Under the pieces are notes generated by a model. That model did no database searches. It saw only the letters and a program-made list of their open reading frames with translations, and was not told where the DNA came from. Position numbers and translations under genes: made by a program. From assembly GCA_963803165.1 (NCBI GenBank), contig CAWDLK010000002.1:136569-200568 (forward strand): a stretch of 64,000 nt of DNA, in the 5' to 3' direction. How positions within the stretch are numbered: position 1 is the stretch's first letter; every line of letters begins with the position of its first letter. Positions 56,761-64,000 of the stretch are shown here, one piece after another. The stretch comes from an uncultured Chloroflexia bacterium (GTDB taxonomy: Bacteria > Chloroflexota > Dormibacteria > Aeolococcales > Aeolococcaceae).

Positions 56761-57699
56761 TCAGCCCTTCGCATCCGGCTCCAGCCCGCGCAGCACGGCG
56801 GCCACCAACTCGGTCAGGGCGTCGAGGTCGTAGCCGCCCTCCAGCACCCACACCGATCCGGCACCCTGGTCGAGGCAGAGGGCGCGCAGCCTCTCGGCCA
56901 CGCCGGCGTAGGTGGACGAGCTCAGCTCGAGGGTCGCGAGCGGGTCGGCTGCGTGCCCGTCGAAGCCGGCGCTCACCAGCACCAGCTCAGGCCGGAAGCC
57001 GGCCACCGCCGGCAGCACCTCCTCGTCGAGGTGCTCCAGCCACACCTCCCCGGTGGTCCCCGAGGGCAGCGGCACGTTGATGTTGAGGCCCGGGGCGGCG
57101 GCTCCGCCGCGGGCGCCGGCGGCGCCCGTGCCGGGGTAGAGGGGCCACTCGTGGAGGGAGGTGTAGAGGACCGACGGATCGTCCCAGAAGATCTCCTCGG
57201 TGCCGTTGCCGTGGTGGACGTCGATGTCGACGATGGCGATCCGCCGCCGCCCACGGCGCTGCGCGTGACGGGCGGCGATGGCCACGTTGTTGAAGAGGCA
57301 GAAGCCCATCGCCCGGGACGCGGTCGCGTGGTGTCCGGGTGGCCGGCTGATCGAGAAGGCGTGGCTGGAGCCGCCGTCGCAGACGGCGTTGACCGCGGCC
57401 AGGGCCGAGCCCACCGAGCGGAACGCCGCCGCCGGGGACCCGGGGGCGCAGAAGGTGTCGCCGTCGAACCAGCCCCCGCCCCGCTGCGCCAGGGCTCGGA
57501 CCGCCGCCGCGTGGGCGGCGGTGTGGACCAGCTCCACGGACGCGTCGTCGGCCTCGGCGGGCTCGATCCGGGGGATCGACGACAGGTCCTCCTGGCCGGT
57601 GAGGTGCTCGAGGATGGCCGCCACCCGGTCCGGCCGCTCCGGGTGCCCGACGGCGGCGTGCTCGGGCGCGGCGCCCCCGGAGACGATGACCAGGCTCAT
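56761..57699 (-). CDS. histone deacetylase family amidohydrolase (AcuC / acetylpolyamine amidohydrolase-like)
   Basis: FCAPGSP..., SRPPGHHA, the metal ligands IVDIDVHHGNGT, and GFD...EGGY are all present. The start was taken at M111 of ORF 56761..58029, and it overlaps the upstream stop (ATGA). Confidence 0.75.
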   Translation of the reverse strand: MSLVIVSGGAAPEHAAVGHPERPDRVAAILEHLTGQEDLSSIPRIEPAEADDASVELVHTAAHAAAVRALAQRGGGWFDGDTFCAPGSPAAAFRSVGSALAAVNAVCDGGSSHAFSISRPPGHHATASRAMGFCLFNNVAIAARHAQRRGRRRIAIVDIDVHHGNGTEEIFWDDPSVLYTSLHEWPLYPGTGAAGARGGAAAPGLNINVPLPSGTTGEVWLEHLDEEVLPAVAGFRPELVLVSAGFDGHAADPLATLELSSSTYAGVAERLRALCLDQGAGSVWVLEGGYDLDALTELVAAVLRGLEPDAKG

Positions 57700-58916
57700 G
57701 CCGGCTCCACGGCCAGCGCCTCCCCCAGCTCGCGCAGGAAGGACTCCACGTCGGTCACCAGCCCCAGGGTCTGCGAGGAGCCGCGATCGGCGAGCTTGGC
57801 GACCACCGCCGGGTTGATGTCGACGCACACCGTCCGGGTCGCCGCGGGCAGCAGGTTGCCGGTCGCGATGGCGTGCAGCATGGAGGCGCACATGATGCAC
57901 AGGTCCACCCCGACCAGCGCCGTGCGCATCCTGCGCCGCGCCTCCAGCATGTCGGTGACCACGTCGGGCAGCGGCCCGTCGTCGCGGATCGAGCCGGCGA
58001 GGACGTAGTCCACGCCGTTGCGCACGCACTCGTACATCACGCCGCGGCGGAGCATGCCCGCCTCCACCGCCGCCCGGATGCCGCCCGCGGCGCGGACCCG
58101 GTTCACGGTCCGCATGTGCAGCTCATGGCCGGACTCGATGGGCAGCCCCTTCTCCAGGCCGATCCCCAGCGAGGTCCCGAAGAACTGGGACTCGATGTCG
58201 TGGGCGGCCAGGCCGTTGCCGGCGAAGAGCACCTGGACGTAGCCGGAGCCGATCAGCTGGGCGAGATGCGGGCCCGCCCCGGTGTGGATGATGGCGGGAC
58301 CGCCGACGAAGCAGATACGGCCATCCCTGGCACGAATCTCGCGCATGGTGCCGGCCAGCTCGCGGATGACCTGGTGCTTGGGTTTCTCCGGAGAGAGCGA
58401 GCTGGTGGTGAAGCCGAAGACCTCCTTGCCCCTCCCCCGCTCCACCGGCGTGATGCGGACGCCCGCCCGGCCCACCACCACCTGATCGCCGGCGCGCACG
58501 TCGCTGACCGGGACCGCCCGGGCCGCGCCGGCGGCGACCACCACCCCGCAGTCCATCTCGATCTCCTCGACGCTCACCCACCCGCCTCCGACCCGGACCG
58601 CCGTCGGCTGGTTGGTGGTGGTGTAGAAGGTGTCCGGGAAGACCCCGTCCGAGGGAGCCGGCGCGGTCTCCGCGTCCTCGGCGCCGACCACGGCGGCGCC
58701 GTGCTCCTGGCAGGCGGCGACGACGGCGGCGAGCTTGGCCTCGTCCTCGGCCTCGACGGTCAGCCGGGCGAAGGAGGGCTCGTCGAGCCGGGTGCCGACC
58801 CGGAACTCCTCGACGTGGAACGTCGCCCCCATGTCCATGATGCTGTCGAAGACCCGGGGCAGCACCATGCTGTCGATGATGTGCCCGGACAGCTCGATGA
58901 CGGCGCGGGCGCTCAC
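57696..58916 (-). CDS. LOR/SDH-domain protein (TIGR00300-like; possibly an archaeal-type ornithine cyclodeaminase-like enzyme)
   Basis: The 406-aa protein begins MSARAVIELSGHIIDSMVLPRVFDSIMDMGATFHVEEFRVG. This family assignment is from memory and needs an HMM check. There are 4-nt ATGA overlaps with both neighbours. Confidence 0.45.
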   Translation of the reverse strand: MSARAVIELSGHIIDSMVLPRVFDSIMDMGATFHVEEFRVGTRLDEPSFARLTVEAEDEAKLAAVVAACQEHGAAVVGAEDAETAPAPSDGVFPDTFYTTTNQPTAVRVGGGWVSVEEIEMDCGVVVAAGAARAVPVSDVRAGDQVVVGRAGVRITPVERGRGKEVFGFTTSSLSPEKPKHQVIRELAGTMREIRARDGRICFVGGPAIIHTGAGPHLAQLIGSGYVQVLFAGNGLAAHDIESQFFGTSLGIGLEKGLPIESGHELHMRTVNRVRAAGGIRAAVEAGMLRRGVMYECVRNGVDYVLAGSIRDDGPLPDVVTDMLEARRRMRTALVGVDLCIMCASMLHAIATGNLLPAATRTVCVDINPAVVAKLADRGSSQTLGLVTDVESFLRELGEALAVEPA

Positions 58917-59707
58917 TGGCGCGGCGCCGGGGTGCGCACCCCCTCGATGCGCCGGGAGAGCTCGAGGGCGGCGGCGCGAGGGTCGGCGGCGCCGCTGATG
59001 CCGCGGGAGACGGGCACCACGATCCCACCACCCCGGCCATCCAGGCCCGCTCTGACTGCGGCCTCGAGGTCGCCGCCCTGGGCGCCGACCCCGGGCAGGA
59101 GCAGCGGGGCGTGCGGGGCGAGGGCGCGGATCTCGGCGATGGCGCCGGGCGCGGTGGCTCCGACCACGAAACCGATCTCCGCCGTTCGCGGCCAGCCGAG
59201 GGCCCGCTCGACGATCCGCCGGTAGAGGGGACGGCCATCCTCGAGCGGCGCCTCCAGGAAGTCGGCGGCGCCCGGGTTGCTGGTGCGGGCGAGCAGCAGG
59301 GCGGCGGTGCCTGGACGCTCCAGGAAGGGCGCCACCGAGTCCCGGCCCAGCAGCGGGTTGACGGTGACGGCGTCCGCTTCCCAGACGTCGAAGAGGGCCC
59401 GGGCCTGCGCCTGGGCGGTGCTCCCGATATCCCCCCGCTTGGCATCGAGGATCACCAGCCGGTCGCCGGGGATCCGCTCGCGCACCCGCTCCAGCACCTG
59501 CAGCCCGGCCGAGCCATGCTGTTCAAAGAAGGCGAGGTTCGGCTTGACCGCCACCACGTAGGGGAGCGCCGCCTCGAGGAGCGCGGCGCAGAAGCGCTCC
59601 ACCTCGGCGGCATCGCGGCACCCGGTCGGGTCGAGACCCAGGCAGAGCGCGGACCCCAGCTCGCGGCCGCGGGCGGCCAGCCGGTCGGAGAAGGGCTCCC
59701 GGCTCAC
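58913..59707 (-). CDS. pyrF: orotidine 5'-phosphate decarboxylase (long type)
   Basis: VKPNLAFFEQHG and ILDAKRGDIGSTA are the catalytic Lys and Asp motifs. Confidence 0.8.
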   Translation of the reverse strand: MSREPFSDRLAARGRELGSALCLGLDPTGCRDAAEVERFCAALLEAALPYVVAVKPNLAFFEQHGSAGLQVLERVRERIPGDRLVILDAKRGDIGSTAQAQARALFDVWEADAVTVNPLLGRDSVAPFLERPGTAALLLARTSNPGAADFLEAPLEDGRPLYRRIVERALGWPRTAEIGFVVGATAPGAIAEIRALAPHAPLLLPGVGAQGGDLEAAVRAGLDGRGGGIVVPVSRGISGAADPRAAALELSRRIEGVRTPAPRQ

Positions 59708-59901
59708 CAGACGTCGCGGGCTGTGCTCGGTTGGATCGCCCCCTGGTCCGACCGTGGAGAGTAGGGCACCTCGATCCGCTCTTTCTCGGTGGAGGCGCAG
59801 AGCGGGCAGACCCGAGCGACCCTACCGTCGAGGATCACCGCGGCGAGCCGGTAGATGGGAGTCTGGCGGCCGCAGTTGTCGCACGGGTCGAGGACGGCCA
59901 C
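59704..59901 (-). CDS. small Cys4 zinc-ribbon protein (65 aa)
   Basis: CDNCGRQ...CPLCAS gives two CxxC pairs. Its stop overlaps the pyrF start by 4 nt. Confidence 0.4.
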   Translation of the reverse strand: MAVLDPCDNCGRQTPIYRLAAVILDGRVARVCPLCASTEKERIEVPYSPRSDQGAIQPSTARDVW

Positions 59902-60056
59902 CGATCAGAACCTCATGCCGGGCGTGTGGAAGTGTGCGATCTGGATTCTGCCAGATCGGGCGCGCCCCCCTCCTCTCGCCCGCCGGCGGCGACCCCGCGG
60001 GCGGGCGAGAGCGTGCGAGGCCCGGTGAGCCGGTCGCACCCGGCCGTCCGGGAAGG

Positions 60057-60227
60057 TCAGCCGGCGGTCTCCTCGGCTGTCACGCCGGCGAGCGTCCCGG
60101 ACGCCTCGGCCTCGGCGGTCGAGCCCTCCTCGGACTCCTCCTCGGCGCCCTCCTCCTCGGCCCCTTCCTCGTCGGCCTCCTCGGAGTCGGTGGTGTCGTC
60201 GATCGAGAGCGTGGTCACGTCGGTCAT
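60057..60227 (-). CDS. possible acidic microprotein (56 aa)
   Basis: The hand-translated minus-strand ORF reads MTDVTTLSIDDTTDSEEADEEGAEEEGAEEESEEGSTAEAEASGTLAGVTAEETAG with high GC3. It is below the ORF-track size cutoff. It lies upstream of, and co-oriented with, the Zn-ribbon and pyrF operon. Confidence 0.2.
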   Translation of the reverse strand: MTDVTTLSIDDTTDSEEADEEGAEEEGAEEESEEGSTAEAEASGTLAGVTAEETAG

Positions 60228-60416
60228 CGAGCCTCTCCCCTTCCGCTGAGCAGGACAGCAACTCGAGCGGTGCGAGGCCAGTCTCGCGCCCCGTACGGGC
60301 TCCGGGGTGATGGATTGGGGGGCGCCCCGGTCATGGATCGATTAACCCCACACCGCCACCCCACTCCTCTAGGATCCGAGCGCTCCGCGTGCAGGTCGCG
60401 GCGGGGCGCCCTGAGC

Positions 60417-60926
60417 ATGACTCACATCCTCGTCGCCTACGCCACCAGGAACGGCTCCACCGAGGAGGTGGCCACCGCGGTCGCCGCCACGCTGCGCGAC
60501 AGCGGCTGCGGCGTCGAGCTGCGTCGTGCCGCGGAGGCGCGGGACCCCGTTGGAGACTGCGACCTGGTGGTTCTCGGAGCGCCGCTCTACGCGGGCCGGT
60601 GGCATCGCGACGCCCACCGCTTCCTCAAGCGCCACCGCGGCGAGCTCGGGCGGGTCCCGATCGCCGCCTTCGGGATGGGACCCCGCTCCGGCGAGGACGA
60701 GGGCTGGAGAGCCTCGCGAGGCCAGCTCGATCGGGCCCTGGCCAGGCGGAGCTGGATGACACCGGCCGCGGTCGCCGTCTTCGGTGGGGTGGATCCCCCC
60801 AAGCGTCGCCGCGGAGGTCGACGGGATCTCCGCGATTGGGATGCCATCCGCGCCTGGGCGGCTGGTCTGCCCGCCCTGGCGTCGAGCACGGGGGATCATG
60901 CCGGAGAGGCCGCGACCCGGCCCTGA
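60417..60926 (+). CDS. flavodoxin-like fold protein
   Basis: ILVAYATRNGSTEEVATAVAATL...LVVLGAPLYAGRWH is a flavodoxin-like FMN-binding N-terminus. Confidence 0.55.
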   Translation: MTHILVAYATRNGSTEEVATAVAATLRDSGCGVELRRAAEARDPVGDCDLVVLGAPLYAGRWHRDAHRFLKRHRGELGRVPIAAFGMGPRSGEDEGWRASRGQLDRALARRSWMTPAAVAVFGGVDPPKRRRGGRRDLRDWDAIRAWAAGLPALASSTGDHAGEAATRP

Positions 60927-61041
60927 CCGGCCGGAGGCGAGCACCGAGGCTCCACCCGGATGGTGTCCCGACGGCGCGAGTAACGTACCCGGGCGGAGGC
61001 GGCCGCCCGGGCCGCGATGCCGGCCCGAGAGGAGGCGAACC

Positions 61042-61959
61042 GTGATCCCATCCGGCGGTGCGAGCCCACTCCGCTCGCTGATCCGGTCGGAGCCCCTGGA
61101 GCAGCCGCCGATCCTGCTCTGGAAGCACTTCCGGATCGACGAGCCGCGAAGGCTGGCCCGGCGGACCGTGGAGTTCTACCGCGACCACCGGCTGGCGGCC
61201 GCGAAGCTGATGCCCGACATCCCGCTGCTCTTCGAGGACCACGCTCTCTCGTCGTTTGCCCAGGCCGCGCAGCTCCGGCGGTTCGGCCCGGCCATGACGG
61301 TGGGACGGGCCGCCGAATACGTGCGCACCGTCGAGCTGATGAGGAGGGGGCTGGACGCCGAGGACGTGCTGCTGGTCACCCTCTTCTCGCCGCTCGCCCT
61401 GATCGGGCTGTGGTGCGGCCCGAGCGGTGTCCGCGAGATGGCGGACGGGGAGCGCCGGGTGGCCCACGAGGTCCTCTGGGCCCTCGCCGGCCTGGTCAGC
61501 GGTCTGGCCGCCGCCTGCGTGGATGCCGGCGCCGATGGCGTCTACTACTCGTGCTGGGGGCAGGACGTCCTCAGCCCCGGCGAGTACGGCGAGCTCGGTG
61601 TCCCCTACGACCTGGCCGGTCTCCGCGGCACGGCCGGGGCCGAGCTCCGCCTCCTGCACCTCCACGGCCGCGTCGACGGCCTCGAGCGCTACGCGGGGTA
61701 TCCCGTGCAGATCGTCGGCTGGAGCGAGGTGGAGAGCCCGATCACCCTCGAGCGGGGCGCAGCGGAGCTGCCCGGCAAGTTCGTCATGGGAGGCATCGCG
61801 GAGAACCGCAGCGCGCCGGCGAACGCCGCGACGAGAGCGCGCGTCGCCGCTCTGGTGGAGGCGCTGGGGCCGCGCTTCGTGCTGGCCCCCGGCTGCTCGC
61901 TCCCGGACGGCATCGGTGGCGAGGCGCTGGCCAGCCTCCGGGGCCTCGTCGGCGCATGA
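61042..61959 (+). CDS. uroporphyrinogen decarboxylase (URO-D)-like family protein
   Basis: The GTG start is preceded by GAGGAGG. PPILLWKHFRIDEP...AAKLMPDIPLLFEDHA...YYSCWGQD has the URO-D/MtaA-like TIM-barrel pattern. This is a tentative family call. Confidence 0.5.
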   Translation: MIPSGGASPLRSLIRSEPLEQPPILLWKHFRIDEPRRLARRTVEFYRDHRLAAAKLMPDIPLLFEDHALSSFAQAAQLRRFGPAMTVGRAAEYVRTVELMRRGLDAEDVLLVTLFSPLALIGLWCGPSGVREMADGERRVAHEVLWALAGLVSGLAAACVDAGADGVYYSCWGQDVLSPGEYGELGVPYDLAGLRGTAGAELRLLHLHGRVDGLERYAGYPVQIVGWSEVESPITLERGAAELPGKFVMGGIAENRSAPANAATRARVAALVEALGPRFVLAPGCSLPDGIGGEALASLRGLVGA

Positions 61960-62276
61960 GGGCGGGGCTCCGTGCTCGCGGCGTCGCCGCTGCGGCTGCG
62001 GCGCTCGGCGTGGCCGCCCCAGCCTGCCTCGGGCTGTGGCCGCGGGCGGTGCTCGCCGACATGCCCAACTGCGCGGAGTACCCCTCGGCCTGCGCCAACT
62101 ACGAGCAGAACTCGGCGGCGACGCCCTGGATCGTCATCGCCGGGGCGATCGTCCTCGCCGCGGTGCTCATCGTCGCCGCGGGTCTCGCCATCGTCTTGGT
62201 CAGGCGGCGCCGGAGAGCGGGCGCGTCCCCAGCCGCCGCCCCTCGTCCTCGCGTCGATCGCGACCCGCCACGCTGA
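61956..62276 (+). CDS. hypothetical small secreted/membrane protein (106 aa)
   Basis: The ATG overlaps the previous stop (ATGA). It has a signal peptide, a CxxxxxxC segment, a C-terminal TM helix and an RRRRR stop-transfer. Confidence 0.35.
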   Translation: MRAGLRARGVAAAAAALGVAAPACLGLWPRAVLADMPNCAEYPSACANYEQNSAATPWIVIAGAIVLAAVLIVAAGLAIVLVRRRRRAGASPAAAPRPRVDRDPPR

Positions 62277-62281
62277 CGCCC

Positions 62282-62641
62282 GTGTCGGGTTGGGCGCAGG
62301 GATACCCGCTCGCCCTCGGGGTGACGCTCCTGATCGAGGTACCCGTCTACGTGGCCGGTCTCGCCGCCCTCTGTGGCGTGCGCCCCGTCGAGGGCATGGT
62401 GGCCGGCGCCGCCGTGAACCTGGTCAGCCACCCGATCAGCTTCCTGCTGGCTCTGCCCCTGCTCCAGCCTCACCTCGGGTACTGGCCGGCACTGGCCCTG
62501 CTCGAGGTCCTGGTGTGGCCCGCCGAGGCGCTGCTGCTCCTCGCTTGGCTTCGCCGCGACCTGTCCATCCTGCTGGCGCTCAGCTTCGTCGCCAACGGGC
62601 TGTCGCTCGGCGTCGGCCTGCTGGTCCCGTGGCCGGGGTGA
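62282..62641 (+). CDS. hypothetical membrane protein (119 aa, 4 TM)
   Basis: The GTG start is 5 nt after the previous stop. The protein is very hydrophobic (LALGVTLLIEVPVYVAGLAALCGV...). Confidence 0.35.
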   Translation: MSGWAQGYPLALGVTLLIEVPVYVAGLAALCGVRPVEGMVAGAAVNLVSHPISFLLALPLLQPHLGYWPALALLEVLVWPAEALLLLAWLRRDLSILLALSFVANGLSLGVGLLVPWPG

Positions 62642-62749
62642 GCCTGACGACCCTCGCGCTCGCGAAGCACCGGACCGCGCGAGTGGAGCCAACCAATCAC
62701 ATGAACTCACGATCACTGTTAGACTGCGCCGCACGGCTGCGGCTCTAGA

Positions 62750-63896
62750 TCAGATCGCGACGACCGGATCGATCGGATAGTCGAAAAGGATTCGGGGACC
62801 GGCAGCCGTCAGCAGGTACACGTCCTCGAAGCGAGCGCCGCCGAAACCGGGGATGGCCAGCACAGGGTGGCCGATGGTCACGGCCATATTCTCGAGCAAC
62901 GGTAGATTCCGATGCTGGGGGATGATCGTCGACGCTGGCGGCTCCTCGAAGCGCAGTCCAATGCCGTGACCGATGCCAGGGACGTGATGCTCGGCCAGGC
63001 CGTGACCGGCACACACCTCCTTCGCCGTCGCGTCCAGCTGGGCCGTGGTGATGCCGACGCGCATCGCCGCCCGCACCGCGGCCACGATCCCCTGGTACGC
63101 GTCCAGAAAGCCCGGCCTGGCGGGGGCTGGGCTCTCCAAGGACGAAGGTGCGAGCGAGATTGGCACAGTAGCCGTCGACCTGGGGCGTCAGATCGACCAC
63201 GACGAGCTCACCGCGCTCCAGCGGTCTGGGACTGAGGCGGCCGTGCAGCATGCAGGTCTCGATCCCGAAGTTCACGAATATCGGCGTGCTCGTCCCCTCG
63301 GCGCCGGCCCGCATCATCGCGTACATCGCCTCGGTGGCGATCTCCTGCGCGGTTGCGCCCGGCCGGAGCAGCTCTCGCGCGCGGTCCATCCCGACTCCGG
63401 CGAGCCGCTGGGCTTCGGTCATCAGGACGATCTCCTCGGGATCCTTGACCATGCGGAGTGCGTCCATGACCGGATCCGAGGAGACGACCTCCACCTTGGG
63501 GTTGACGTGTCGGAAGAGATCCACCAGGAAGGCCGGCGTCTGGAACCACATCTGCATTCCGACCCGCGGCCGGCCCGAGGCGCCCGTCGGGATGCCGGCA
63601 ACCTCGCCCTCGGAGACGAGCTCCCTGACTTGGCCCACTATGTCGTTGATCTGGCCGCCGACGCTGCCGAAGACCCGCACCCGGCCGTCAGCGACCGCGG
63701 CTCGCAGCTCCGGCTCCTCGCCCGTGAAGGCGATCAGCTCCGGCGGCCCCTGGAACGGAATCAGCGCCCGGGGCTGCCATCGATCCTCCCCGAAGAGATA
63801 ACGGTAGTCGTCGTGGTTGAGGATCACGATGGCGATGAGCCCCTCTTTGCGCATGCGCTCCTGGACATGAGCGATGCGATCGTATCGAACGATCAC
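62750..63896 (-). CDS. M24 family Xaa-Pro aminopeptidase/creatinase-like peptidase (apparent frameshift at about 63105-63165)
   Basis: The N-terminal half is in ORF 62745..63896 (MIVRYDRIAHVQERMRKEGLIAIVILNHDDYRYL... through TFVLGEPSP). The C-terminal pita-bread metal-binding part (HHVPGIGHGIGLRFEEPP) is in ORF 62750..63166. The junction is at the cggggg run. Confidence 0.7.
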
Positions 63897-64000
63897 CGCG
63901 ACAACCTCCGCGCATCTCGAGCTGGCCCGGGCCCGGCAGTGCCGGCCTCAGCCTGGAGCGGGTGTCTGCAGAGCAGCTGGCCCCCAACGAGGATCCCGTC

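Noticed and set aside
1-64000. tRNA, rRNA, CRISPR arrays, IS elements
   Set aside because: I scanned for T-loop-like GGTTCGAAT/GTTCAAAT motifs, long non-coding GC-balanced stretches, regularly spaced short repeats and transposase-like ORFs, and found none. The only GGTTCGA-like hit, at about 22996, lies inside the rny coding sequence.

Overview
This is a 64-kb, roughly 72% GC, densely coding bacterial chromosome segment with genes on both strands. I found no rRNA, tRNA, CRISPR array, IS element or prophage. The core is a conserved housekeeping block with Bacillus-like gene order: ftsK, yajQ, pgsA, cinA-C, recA, recX, rny (RNase Y), spoVS, miaB, mutS, mutL, miaA, lexA. The block also carries rnj (RNase J), udg, proC and pyrF. 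Together with the high GC this suggests a monoderm Terrabacteria lineage, for example Chloroflexota-like, but I cannot confirm that from the sequence. 

The leftmost 6 kb is a minus-strand type IV pilus or competence-pilus-like operon. It runs: PilB/GspE ATPase, PilC/GspF platform, three prepilin-type pilins and a TadE/G-like secreted protein that runs off the window start. One pilin carries a poly-Gly tract, an (SSPT)n tandem repeat and a C-terminal beta-rich domain. Two tandem GT87/DUF2029-like GT-C glycosyltransferases sit divergently next to this operon. 

Other modules:
- A 1110-aa STAND NTPase-TPR protein with a C-terminal SARP (winged-helix plus BTAD) domain.
- An operon of acidic microprotein, Zn-ribbon, pyrF, LOR/SDH (TIGR00300-like) and HDAC-like genes, translationally coupled by ATGA overlaps.
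- A flavodoxin, URO-D-like, small-membrane-protein module.
- A GGDEF-EAL protein.
- Cheo-type SOS boxes (GAAC-N4-GTTC-like) upstream of recA and lexA.
- Several AT-rich palindromes and direct repeats in intergenic regions.

At least five conserved genes (pilC, rnj, a lipoprotein, mutS, an M24 peptidase) are interrupted by single-base frameshifts. All five lie at G/C homopolymer runs, so I read them as consensus indel errors rather than pseudogenes. 

The many long Arg/Pro-rich ORFs antisense to real genes are high-GC artefacts. All gene starts that I refined beyond the ORF track are approximate.
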